From an uncultured delta proteobacterium (GTDB lineage: Bacteria; Myxococcota; Kuafuiibacteriia; Kuafuiibacteriales; Kuafuiibacteriaceae): a stretch of DNA of 64,000 nt. The notes under the pieces are model-generated. The model saw nothing but the letters and a program-made list of their open reading frames with translations. It made no database searches and had not been told where the DNA came from. The first letter of the stretch is position 1, and each line of letters begins with the position of its first letter. The stretch covers positions 1,376,001 to 1,440,000 of the forward strand of contig CAWDML010000001.1 of NCBI GenBank assembly GCA_963803435.1, in the 5' to 3' direction. A program made the translations under genes and the position numbers. Below, one piece after another: positions 20,907 through 30,242 of the stretch.

Positions 20907-21940
20907 AGCCGACATCTTCGGGGGACACGTCCGCTCCGGCTCGCGACGGGCGTAGTCAGAAGATCGCTCGGATGCTCGAGGAGGGCACCCTCCTTCAGGC
21001 GGCGGTCGCGCGCGAGGTCGGCGCCGGAGAGGCCGAGCAGATCAGAAGGCTTCTTCGCGAGCTCAAGGTGATCACGCTCGACGACGGCGAGGTCCAAGCG
21101 ATCAATCAGAAGCTCGAGGGTCACGCAGCCGCGCTGCAAAGGATCCGGCTGGCGAACCCGGAGCTGGGGACCGGCGATCCCTCCGGCAGGCCGGCACCAC
21201 CGCTCTTCGTGGTGGATCCCGCGGCCACCCAGAAGGCGTGGCAGGTTCGCGTCTCGGAGGCGCGGGGGGACAAGGGCGGGTTCGTTCGGCACTTCACGAT
21301 GGCCGTCTTCGACGCGAACGGCGAGAGGGTGAAGCGCGAGCTCGACCTCGGGTTCCTGACCGCGGACCAGATGGAGACGCTCCTCGACCATCTCCAGTTT
21401 CTCCATGGCCTGTCGGACGACGAGCTCGCCTCCACCTTTGCGCCGCTCGCCGAGGCATCCCAGGTGCTCGAGTCGGTCCAGACTCGGAAGGGCAGCTTTC
21501 GTGAGTTGGCGGTCGAGTTCGCCCGTCAGCTCCTGGCCGCGGGGGCGAACCGCTCGTGGGTCGGGATCGCGGCGACCTTTGGGATTGGATTCGGCTCGAC
21601 CTGGCAGACCGTCCTCGCGGAGGCTGCGTTCATCCTGATCGGGAGCTACGGGTTGGCCATCGACGTCGCTCAAGCATGGCGCGTCTTCATCCGGCCCCAC
21701 ACCGCTTCGAAGAAGGAAGCGACGCTCGCGGTGACACGCGCCGTCCTCGACGGCGCCATGGTGGTCTCTCCACTGGCTGCCCTCGCCTCCCTCACGCTCG
21801 CGGTGAGCAAGTTCGTCATCGAGAACAAGAACAAGTTCGGCCACATGCTCGGCCTCGATGTCGGCCAGCGGGAACGCCTCGACGCCGAGACGAAGAGGAC
21901 GACGGACCTCCTCCTGGAGGCCGCTCGCGGCTCGCGCTGA
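20897..21940 (+). CDS. Hypothetical protein with hydrophobic C-terminal helices
   Basis: 347-aa coding-like ORF with GGAGG upstream. Confidence 0.65.
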   Translation: MRLKPTSSGDTSAPARDGRSQKIARMLEEGTLLQAAVAREVGAGEAEQIRRLLRELKVITLDDGEVQAINQKLEGHAAALQRIRLANPELGTGDPSGRPAPPLFVVDPAATQKAWQVRVSEARGDKGGFVRHFTMAVFDANGERVKRELDLGFLTADQMETLLDHLQFLHGLSDDELASTFAPLAEASQVLESVQTRKGSFRELAVEFARQLLAAGANRSWVGIAATFGIGFGSTWQTVLAEAAFILIGSYGLAIDVAQAWRVFIRPHTASKKEATLAVTRAVLDGAMVVSPLAALASLTLAVSKFVIENKNKFGHMLGLDVGQRERLDAETKRTTDLLLEAARGSR

Positions 21941-21946
21941 GCCAGC

Positions 21947-22903
21947 TCAGACCGCGTGGGCCTCGCCCAGCTCGGCGGCGGGCGGGGCGACCGATTCGCG
22001 CGCCGTCCTGGCCAGCGCGAGCACCTCGTCCACCGACCACTGATCGTAGGCGTGCTCGCCGCGCTTGCTCGCCACGATGCGGCCGTCCGAGTCGATGAGG
22101 AAGTCGCCCGGTAGACCGAGTGAGCCGCCCTGGTGCTGGCCAAGCGGTAGCTTCTCCTCGCGCGCAGTGCGGATCAGCCCGCGCACGATCGCGGGCCAGG
22201 CGCGCGGGTCGAGCACCGCATGGAGCGACGTCTCCACGCCGAGCTCGGCGTAGAGCTCCTTCTCGGGATCGGCGACGAGCGGGAACGGCAGGTCAGTCTG
22301 GTACTTTCGAAACTCCTCCGGCGTCGAGTGGAACACGACAATCTCGCGCACCCCCGCGGCGAGGAGCTCGTCGTGGCGTCGTACGACCGACCTGAGGTGG
22401 AGGTTGCAGATGGGGCAACCGGCGAATCGACGGAGCTGCAGATGAACCAGCTTGCCCGGCTCGGGCACCGGGATCGATTCCCCGGCGACCGTGACCAGTC
22501 GGCGCGCCGCGAACCTCGACGCCCCGCGCATCGCGGCTCCCAGCTTACGGTCCCCGGAGCGGAGCGCCCATGAGATCGCCGTCAGCGTGAGCACGACGAT
22601 CGGCGGCGCGAGGTGCGCCGGCCCGTCGCCGGCGACCGCGTGAGAGACGATCGCCCCGGTCAGGTCGAAGAACACGCCCGCGTACGCCCACTCCTTGAGG
22701 CGCGGCAAGCCTGGGGCAAGGATGGTAACGACGGCGAGGAGCTTCCACGTGCCGAGGAGGCTCGGGAGCCACGCCGGGTACCCGAGATGCGCCATCGTCT
22801 CCACGATCCGCTCCGCGTGCGTGATCTCGTTGATGCCTCCGAAGGCCAGGATGGCGGTGCCGAGCCCGGTCGAAACCCAAAAACCTATCCTGCGTGCGTC
22901 CAT
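21947..22903 (-). CDS. DoxX-like membrane domain fused to an AhpC/TSA peroxiredoxin-like domain
   Basis: HLGYP, RLKEWAYAG (DoxX_2-like), followed in frame by RRFAGCPICNLH and GLPGDFLID; AAGGAG RBS. Confidence 0.8.
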   Translation of the reverse strand: MDARRIGFWVSTGLGTAILAFGGINEITHAERIVETMAHLGYPAWLPSLLGTWKLLAVVTILAPGLPRLKEWAYAGVFFDLTGAIVSHAVAGDGPAHLAPPIVVLTLTAISWALRSGDRKLGAAMRGASRFAARRLVTVAGESIPVPEPGKLVHLQLRRFAGCPICNLHLRSVVRRHDELLAAGVREIVVFHSTPEEFRKYQTDLPFPLVADPEKELYAELGVETSLHAVLDPRAWPAIVRGLIRTAREEKLPLGQHQGGSLGLPGDFLIDSDGRIVASKRGEHAYDQWSVDEVLALARTARESVAPPAAELGEAHAV

Positions 22904-22995
22904 GATTCGATCTCCTTGTTCGCTCCACCTTGAGGCGCGCGAGCCGATCGAACAATTCTGCAACTATTGGCATCATATGATACTTTTCGTTACGA

Positions 22996-23886
22996 ATGCG
23001 AGAACCGCTCGAAACCGCTGAGCTCCTGGCCTTCGCGAGCATCGTGGACGCGAAGTCGCTGTCGCGCGCGGCCTCCGAGCTGCGGATTCCCCGGCCCACG
23101 ATCAGCCGCCGCCTCGCCCGCCTGGAGACGCGACTCGGCGTGCGCCTCTTGCGACGCACGACGCGGAGCCTCGCCCTGACCGACGCGGGCGAAGTGCTCT
23201 ATCGACAGGCACGGCTCGTTCTCGAAGCCGTCGCGACGGCGGAGGCGAGCGTGCGCCGGCCCGAGGGCGCGATCGCCGGCGAGCTGCGCGTCTCCGCGCC
23301 GCCGATCTCCGATCCGAAGTTCTATGAGATCATCGCGTCCTTCGCGAAGCGCCACCCGAACGTGCGACTCCAGGTCCATGCGTCGACGCGCCACGTCGAC
23401 CTGCGTCGCGAAGGGTACGACGTCGCCATCCGCGCGGGGAGCGCGATGGCGCCCGGGCTCATCGCGCGCACACTGTTTCGATCGAAGCTGGTCGCGGTGG
23501 CGTCGCGCGCGTATCTGAGCGAGGCCGGCGCGCCGCGCACCGCCAAGGACCTCCGCCGCCACCGCTGCCTGATGGGCTTCGCCCGCGGCGAGGTGCCCGA
23601 GACGCACTGGCGCATCGACGGCCGCGCGATGCACGTCGAGGGCGCGTTCTTCGCGAACGACGTGCAGCTCCTCTGCGCCGCGGCGGCGAGCGGTCTCGGC
23701 ATCGCGCTCGTCCCGCATCTCTTCGCGTCGCCGCACCTCGCGAGCGGCGCCCTCGTCACCGTCCTCGGGCAGGCGAAGTTCGGGAGCGACAGCGTCGCCG
23801 TCGTCTACCTCGATCGCGAGCTACTCCCACCCCAGGTCCGCGCGTTCGTGGAGGCGATGACCGCCTGGCGCCTGACCTCACCGTGA
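22996..23886 (+). CDS. LysR family transcriptional regulator
   Basis: SLSRAASEL, LETRLGVRLLRRTTR, DVAIR, GLGIALVP; divergent from the DoxX gene. Confidence 0.92.
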   Translation: MREPLETAELLAFASIVDAKSLSRAASELRIPRPTISRRLARLETRLGVRLLRRTTRSLALTDAGEVLYRQARLVLEAVATAEASVRRPEGAIAGELRVSAPPISDPKFYEIIASFAKRHPNVRLQVHASTRHVDLRREGYDVAIRAGSAMAPGLIARTLFRSKLVAVASRAYLSEAGAPRTAKDLRRHRCLMGFARGEVPETHWRIDGRAMHVEGAFFANDVQLLCAAAASGLGIALVPHLFASPHLASGALVTVLGQAKFGSDSVAVVYLDRELLPPQVRAFVEAMTAWRLTSP

Positions 23887-23907
23887 GGGCAGCCGGCACC
23901 GAGGTCC

Positions 23908-24351
23908 TCAGACGGCCGTCCGCTCCGAGGCGCTGACGCGCTGACCCGGGTCGACCATGACCGTTTCGCCGGAGATCGAGACCTGAAAATGTGGGAGGTC
24001 GCTCCGGGCCGGGCCGCGGACGACGCCGCCGTTGCCGTCGAAGAGCGAGCCGTGACACTGACAGATCGACCGGCCGCTCGCGTCCGGCGCTTCGACGACG
24101 CAGCCGGCGTGCGTGCAGATCGCAGAGTAGGCGAACAGGCCGGCGGCGTCGCGGCCGATGATCAACGCGCCCGATCGATCGAGCGTCCAGCTGCCGACCG
24201 CGAAGTCCTGCAGCGTCCCGACGTCGACCGGACCGGAGGGGAGCCCGGTGTTGCAGCCGGAGAGCGCCAGCCCTCCCAGCGCGACCAAACCGCCGACCAC
24301 CACTTGGCGCCGGCAGAGCGGGACGCCGTCGTCATCTCTCTGGTTGCTCAT
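23908..24351 (-). CDS. Rieske 2Fe-2S lipoprotein (Tat-type signal)
   Basis: RRQVV...LSGC, CTHAGC, CQCHGSLF, GPA. Confidence 0.88.
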   Translation of the reverse strand: MSNQRDDDGVPLCRRQVVVGGLVALGGLALSGCNTGLPSGPVDVGTLQDFAVGSWTLDRSGALIIGRDAAGLFAYSAICTHAGCVVEAPDASGRSICQCHGSLFDGNGGVVRGPARSDLPHFQVSISGETVMVDPGQRVSASERTAV

Positions 24352-24375
24352 CGATGCTCTCCTCTCGTGCGGTTG

Positions 24376-25368
24376 TCACTGCGGGAGTCCGCAGTCGATC
24401 CAGCTGATGAAGCGCGTCCGCTCGCTCGAGGGGAGCGTGCTGCCGCGTGGCATCCGCCCCGAAGAGACCTGACTCCGGATCCGCGACGCGTTGGCGGACA
24501 CCGTAGAATAGCTTCCGTACGAGGAGTGGCAGCCGGTGCAGTGCTGCGTCATGAACGCGTGGCCGTAGTTGCTCCAGCTGTCCGTGCAGCTCGTGGTCCC
24601 GGAGTCGGGCGTTCCGGCGTCGACGCCGGCGTCGGGCGGCGGCGGCATGATTTCGCCGCACGAGACGCCGTTGGTGGGGAAGCAGTTGTTCCCGAGCAGG
24701 TTGTTGTTGCCGTCGACGATCTGGAAACAGTCGAAGCCGGAAGGACAGTCCGCCGGTCCGGCGCAGGCGGTCCCGCACGCGCCACCGAGCAGCTGATCCT
24801 GGATGCAGAAGCTCCCCGTGGCGTTGCAGTCGTCGTCCGACTGACAGGCCTGGCAGAGCACGCCACCGCTCCCCGAGTCGGGCGTGACGCCCGAGTCGTA
24901 CGGCTCGCCAGCGTCGTTCGGCGCGCCGGCGTCATCGAAGCCCGCGTCCGTCTCAAAGCCGGCGTCCGGAGCATTGCAGGTCGACTCGGGGTAGCCGGCC
25001 GCGATCCACGATTCGACGCTCGCGATCTCGCGCTCGCTGACCGTGGCGGCCGGCGCCGGCGGCATGTAGTGGCCTCGCATGTACACGACGGAGATCTCCG
25101 CGTCTGTCTTCGAGGGATCCGCGAGCGCGGCGCGCATCAGATCATCGCGTGAAACCAGCGACACCGGCGCGGCGACAGGGGGCGATCCGTGACAGGCCTG
25201 GCAGCGCTCGGCCAAGAGTGTCTCGATCTCGCACGGAAGACCGGAGCCCGCGGTCGACACGGGAGGTTTCTTGTTGGTGACACCGGTGAACCCCGAGCGC
25301 GGTCGCGCGTTGCATCCGATCGCGATCGCGATCGCGGGAAGGAGGATCGACAGGGCGCGTTTCGACAT
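24376..25368 (-). CDS. Di-heme c-type cytochrome lipoprotein with Cys-rich insert
   Basis: Lipobox AIGC; CQACH...MPP and CTGCH...MP. Confidence 0.75.
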   Translation of the reverse strand: MSKRALSILLPAIAIAIGCNARPRSGFTGVTNKKPPVSTAGSGLPCEIETLLAERCQACHGSPPVAAPVSLVSRDDLMRAALADPSKTDAEISVVYMRGHYMPPAPAATVSEREIASVESWIAAGYPESTCNAPDAGFETDAGFDDAGAPNDAGEPYDSGVTPDSGSGGVLCQACQSDDDCNATGSFCIQDQLLGGACGTACAGPADCPSGFDCFQIVDGNNNLLGNNCFPTNGVSCGEIMPPPPDAGVDAGTPDSGTTSCTDSWSNYGHAFMTQHCTGCHSSYGSYSTVSANASRIRSQVSSGRMPRGSTLPSSERTRFISWIDCGLPQ

Positions 25369-25473
25369 CGCGCACTCCCAGTACCGCCGGCCCGGACAGA
25401 GCAGGCTGACCGTGGCTCTTTCGTTGAGAGGATCGGATGCCTGACGTACGCTGATCCCCGAGGCTGTCTGGTC

Positions 25474-26402
25474 TTGATCGTGATCGTGCTGATCGCCGCC
25501 GGTGAGGCGGAAGCACCCGCGACGACCGCGATGCTCGCCGCCGCGGCCGAAGCAGCCCCTCTTGGTGTCTCGATCGAGCTCCGCACCCGCACCTCCGAGG
25601 AGACCGCGCTCGCTGCGCTGGCCCGCACCAGCAGCGCCGCGGTGGCGGACGTGCGGTGGCTCGGCGACGAGACGGAGGTGGAGATCCGGCTTCAGCTTCC
25701 CGATGGCTCCCGGCTCCGCGAGCGGCACCTCGGCTTCTCGAGCGCCGACGCGATGCGCGAGCGGGGACGAACCGTGGGGTTCGCGGTCGCTTCGATGATC
25801 CCGCCCGTGCCGCCGGCCGCGACCCCCCCGCAGCCGCCACCTCCTCCGCCGCCGCCGATCGCGGTCGTCTCCCCCCTGCGCCCGCACAACCGGAGATCCG
25901 GGCGGCGCTCTACGCCGCGGGCTCGGCCGCCGCGGCGATCGCCGGCCAAGGAACGGGCTTCGGCGGCACGATCGGCGCCGAGCTTCCGATCGCCCGGGCG
26001 CTCTCGCTTCGCCTCCTCTTCACGGCACGCTTCGGGGAGGTGAAGGCGGCCCAGGCGAGCGCTTTCGATCTCGAGGGCGGCGCGGGCGCCAGGTTCGGGC
26101 TGGTCTTCGACGACACCACCGGTCTCGGCCTCGCGATCCGGACCGATCTTCTGGTCACCTACCAGCTGCTCTCGCACTTCTCGGAAGACGACCCGGAGCC
26201 GGCCCGTCGCGGTCGCTGGCTCCCGGGCCTCGATCTCATGCTCGAGGGATCATGGGCGCTCTCGCACAGCACCGCCTTGGTGTTTGCCGCGGGCGGCGCC
26301 CTCGTCGCCGGCAGGACCGGGGTCTACACCCACGGTGAAGAAGTTGCGGTCCTCCCGATCGGCCGGGTCCTGTTCGAGATCGGCGTGCGTGCCGGCTTCT
26401 GA
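25474..26402 (+). CDS. Hypothetical exported protein, possible C-terminal beta-barrel (frameshift in C-run ~25871-25880)
   Basis: Pro-rich linker, amphipathic strands, terminal Phe; upstream of the ECF sigma gene. Confidence 0.5.
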
Positions 26403-26446
26403 AGGACCTTGCCTGATCGCGCACGCTTCGCGGTACTGATCTCGCG

Positions 26447-27117
26447 GTGGCCTCCGGCGCAGCCCGCGATCGCGTCCTTCGGCTGGTGCCTTCGGAGGCA
26501 TCCGGGGCCCAGCCTCACCCGGACCAAGAGGTTGCGCCCGACGACAGTGAGCTGCTCGCCGCGCTGCGCGCCGGGGACGCTTCCGCCGCCTCCGCCTTCC
26601 ACGATCGCGTGCGACCGTGCGTCGATCGGACGCTTCGCCGGCTGCTCGGCGTCGGCCACGTCGACCATCAGGACCTGGCGCAAAACGCGCTCATCGAGCT
26701 GGTCACCACGATCCAGCGCTTCCGCGGCAGCTGCTCGCTGGACGCGTGGGTCTCAACGCTCACCTCGCGCGTCGTCTACAAGGCCTTCCGCCGCAACAAG
26801 ATCGAGCGGCGACTGTTCAGCGCTCTCACCGAGGATCAGCTCGATTCGGGGGCGCCCACCCGGTCCGCGCGATCACGGCGCGCGTGATGCTCGATCGCGT
26901 GCGATCGCACCTCGGTGCGATGGACGTCGGTCGGGCCTGGGCCTTCGTGCTTCACGACGTGCTGGGCCACGATCTGCGCGAGGTCGCGCAGATCATGGGG
27001 GTGAGCGTAGCGGCGGCGCAGTCCCGACTCGTGCGCGGGCGCCGCGAGCTGCACGAACGTATCGAGTGCGATCCGGAGCTCGCTTGCGGGCTCGACGCAG
27101 ACTTGGGGGAGACATGA
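26447..27117 (+). CDS. ECF sigma factor (apparent frameshift ~26845-26870)
   Basis: DLAQNALIEL, FRGSCSLDAWV in one frame; region 4 EVAQIMGVSVAAAQSRL in the other. Confidence 0.8.
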
Positions 27118-28184
27118 GCGCGCCACGCTACGCGTCCCTGACGGCGAAGCTTCTGGCCAACGCGCCCGCGGAGGGACCTCCGCCGACCCACGAGGAGCGT
27201 GCCGAGGCGGTGGCGGCGATGGCGGCGGCGATCCGGGCGCGCGCTCGGCGCCGTCGTCTGGTCGGCGCCGGGCTCTCGTTCGGCGCGATCGCGGCGACGC
27301 TCCTGGTCTTCCTCTGGCTCCAGCGCGAGAGCTCCGCCCCCGAGCCGGCTCGCATCCCGACGCCGGTCGAGGTGACCGCGACGTTGACGGGCCGCGGGAC
27401 TTACCTCGTCGACGAGGGCGCCCCCACCGAGGTGTCCGAGCCGCGCGCGCTCCTTCGCGGCTCCAAGGTGCACGTGCGGCCGAGTGGAAGCGCCACGCTC
27501 GCTCTCTCCACCGGCAGCACGCTCCGTCTCGAGCCGGAGACAGAGCTGACCGTCGTCGAGAAGCGTGAGGTCGAGCGGTTCGCGCTGTCGCGTGGCGCGC
27601 TCCGGGCCGAGGTGGCGAAGCTCAGGGCGGACCAGCGATTTCTGATCGAGACCATCGATGCCGAGGTCGAGGTGCGCGGGACCTCGTTCCGCGTCGAGGT
27701 GATGCCGGAGAACCGCTGCGCCACGCGGACGCACGTGGAGGTCTTCGAGGGCGTCGTCTCGGTTCGCCAGGACGGCGAGCTCCACCCGGTGCGCGCCGGC
27801 GAGCGCTGGCCGCGGGAGGCCGACTGTCGGCCGCCGGAGAAGCCGCGCCTGAAGCGCCCCCTCAGTCGACACCGGCCCGTGCCGCCTCCCCCGCCGGCGC
27901 GCGAGACGCCGAGCTCTCACCTCGGGGAGGAGAACGATCTCTATGCAGCGGCCGTGGCGGCGGCGCGGGCCGGGGACGATCGGCGCGCGATCGAGCTCTA
28001 TGAGCGCCTGCTCGAGCGCGACCCGGACGGTCCGCTGGCGGAGACCGCCGCCTCGCGACGGATGAAGGCGCTGGAGGGATTCGATCTCGATCGAGCCGCC
28101 GAGGCGGCACGACGATATCTCGCCCGCTATCCAGAGGGCTTTGCGCGCGAGGAGGCGAGGCGGATCATCGATCGGACGCGATGA
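27114..28184 (+). CDS. FecR-domain anti-sigma factor with C-terminal TPR
   Basis: TM helix, VEVRGTSFRV, VEVFEGVVSV, YLARYPEG; coupled to the ECF sigma gene. Confidence 0.82.
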   Translation: MSAPRYASLTAKLLANAPAEGPPPTHEERAEAVAAMAAAIRARARRRRLVGAGLSFGAIAATLLVFLWLQRESSAPEPARIPTPVEVTATLTGRGTYLVDEGAPTEVSEPRALLRGSKVHVRPSGSATLALSTGSTLRLEPETELTVVEKREVERFALSRGALRAEVAKLRADQRFLIETIDAEVEVRGTSFRVEVMPENRCATRTHVEVFEGVVSVRQDGELHPVRAGERWPREADCRPPEKPRLKRPLSRHRPVPPPPPARETPSSHLGEENDLYAAAVAAARAGDDRRAIELYERLLERDPDGPLAETAASRRMKALEGFDLDRAAEAARRYLARYPEGFAREEARRIIDRTR

Positions 28185-28828
28185 GACGCTGCGTTCTCCT
28201 TGCGCTGGTCGCCGCCGCCTGCAACGGCGAGCTGCGGTTCGACGAGCCCTCATCTCCGGACGGGGGCGAGCCGGCCGACGCGAGCAGCGACGCCGGTGCA
28301 GCGCTGGACGCCGCGCCTGCAGGTTGCACCAGCGACACGGAGTGCGGTCTGCCCGATCTGCACTGCGCCGTCGAGACCGGGGCCTGCGTCGAATGCCTCA
28401 ACGACGGCCACTGCCTCCGCCCAGAGCAGCCCCGCTGCCACGGCGTCCTGCACCGCTGCGTCCAGTGCGGCTCCGCAGGCGACTGCGACCGCAACGAGGT
28501 CTGCGAGCGGAGCACGAACACCTGCGTTCCCACATGCTTCGACGGAGACGATTGCTCGCTGACCTACGCCGGCTGCGAGATCTCGCGCGGCCTCTGCGTC
28601 GACTGTATCTACGACTCCGACTGCACCGGCGCGAGCGATGGCCCGCTCTGCCAGCCCGCGAATGGTCGCTGCGTGGAGTGCCGCGACAATCTCTCCTGCC
28701 CCATCGAACGGCCCTCCTGCGATCCGACGAGCGGTCGCTGTGTCGCCTGCCTGAGCTCGGCGAGCTGCACCGATGCCACGAACCCGCTCTGCGATCCCGA
28801 AGAGCTCACCTGCGTGGCCCGCCCCTGA
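28181..28828 (+). CDS. Cys-rich repeat lipoprotein
   Basis: Lipobox AAAC; repeated CVEC-x4-C units. Confidence 0.8.
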   Translation: MRRCVLLALVAAACNGELRFDEPSSPDGGEPADASSDAGAALDAAPAGCTSDTECGLPDLHCAVETGACVECLNDGHCLRPEQPRCHGVLHRCVQCGSAGDCDRNEVCERSTNTCVPTCFDGDDCSLTYAGCEISRGLCVDCIYDSDCTGASDGPLCQPANGRCVECRDNLSCPIERPSCDPTSGRCVACLSSASCTDATNPLCDPEELTCVARP

Positions 28829-28829
28829 G

Positions 28830-29520
28830 CGCGCCGCGTCCCGAATCCGCGCACTTCCTCGTTCATCGACGACGGGGTCCGGGTGCTCGGCCATCGCGGC
28901 ATTCGCCGGGCGCGGCTCTCGGTCGATCCTGGCTTTCAGGTCCGGAGCGCCGAGCAGACGGGCGCGCTGCCGTGGCATCAGGACGCCAACGCGTATCAGC
29001 CGGCTGCCACGAGCTCGCCGGCGCCGCCCTCTCGGCCCTGGATGCACTCGAGGCGGGCGATCTCGACCGTGAGCTGGCGGGCGATGAGACGGCGATCGAG
29101 CGCAGCCGCCGCGCGCGTGAGGGGTCCTCGAATACGTGCTCGCCCGCGGCAAGCTCAACGAGGACTGGCTCTACCTCGCCGACCAGATCGTTCCGGAGCT
29201 CGACGAGCGGCGCTGTCCGACGTGCGAGCGGCGCACGCGCATCTCCGGCGTCGACATGCCCGATCAGTACGGCGCTCGCCGCATCCAGATCTGCCCTCGC
29301 TGCGGAACCGTCGAGGATGCGCCGGCCCACTTCGACATGGCTCCGCTTGGATGGCGGCTGCACGCTCACGCTGGAGGGCGCGCTCCTGGCGCGACATGGT
29401 GTCCTGTCCGGAAGGCGGCCATGGGATCTGGGCCCGACGGACCACCGGGTCCGGATTGCAGAGCACGATGCACACCACATCCCCAATCGGCGGCTGATCT
29501 TTCACGGCGCCCTCGAGCGG
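28830..29520 (+). pseudogene. Multiply frameshifted coding remnant with a zinc-ribbon-like CPTC...CPRC
   Basis: Protein-like segments alternate between frames; no start or clean stop. Confidence 0.35.
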
Positions 29521-29524
29521 GGCG

Positions 29525-29989
29525 TCACCCCGAGGGGACTCCGCTGCAGGCCTCGAACGCCGCGGTGCACCCACTGTCGTCGCGGCACTGATCGCACGCC
29601 GCCGAGTTGGTGCCGGCGCACGAGGTGAGACAGTTCTGGATTGCGCACGTGGTCACCTGCACGTAGCACTCCGTGCAATCTGCAGAGAGGCCGACGTCGT
29701 TCATGATGCAGCTGCGCGTGCAGGTCTGCCCGCCGAAGCACCCGCTCGCGCAGGTCTCGATGGCCGCCGAGATGTCGGTGTTCATATGCACAGCCAGGTC
29801 CGCCGGGTTGGTGCAGGCCCCGGACGCCTCGCCGGCGTCGCCGGTGCCGGGATCGCCGGTGTCGGCCACGCCGCTGTCGTCGGCCGTTCCGCTGTCCTCC
29901 GTCCCTGCGTCGACGGCGGGGCCAGCGGGCTCGGCACCGCCGCAACCGGCGACCATGAATGCGATCCATAGGAGGCGTCTGTCCTTCAT
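29525..29989 (-). CDS. Small Cys-rich lipoprotein
   Basis: MKDRR...VAGC lipobox, DAG/DSG linker, Cys-rich C-terminus. Confidence 0.75.
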   Translation of the reverse strand: MKDRRLLWIAFMVAGCGGAEPAGPAVDAGTEDSGTADDSGVADTGDPGTGDAGEASGACTNPADLAVHMNTDISAAIETCASGCFGGQTCTRSCIMNDVGLSADCTECYVQVTTCAIQNCLTSCAGTNSAACDQCRDDSGCTAAFEACSGVPSG

Positions 29990-30001
29990 GCCGGGCCCGA
30001 G

Positions 30002-30017
30002 TGCAACGGATGTGCCC
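30002..30017 (-). promoter_or_regulatory. Sigma54-type promoter of the Cys-rich lipoprotein gene
   Basis: GGGCACATCCGTTGCA on the minus strand, just upstream of ATG 29989. Confidence 0.6.
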
Positions 30018-30242
30018 TCCGCGCGCACGCCCGGGTGCGCCCAGCCCGTGGGCTGTCGATCGCCCACCTGGGCTGGCGCACGATGAAAAAAGGCCGCAGT
30101 CCTGCTGGTTCAATACCTCCTGGGTGCTTCCGCTCCACCACGCACTCCGCCTCGGGCGCCGGCGTAGGATCGACCGCCGGCCGGGCCGGGCCCGCACGGG
30201 AAAGTCGGCGCTCGGCGCGATTCCCACCGATAACCCGTTTCG

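Noticed and set aside
30030-30200. Structured intergenic region with a hairpin and T-run, possible riboswitch or ncRNA
   Set aside because: There is an imperfect GC-rich stem near 30035-30081, but I could not match any RNA family. An Rfam/Infernal search would be needed.
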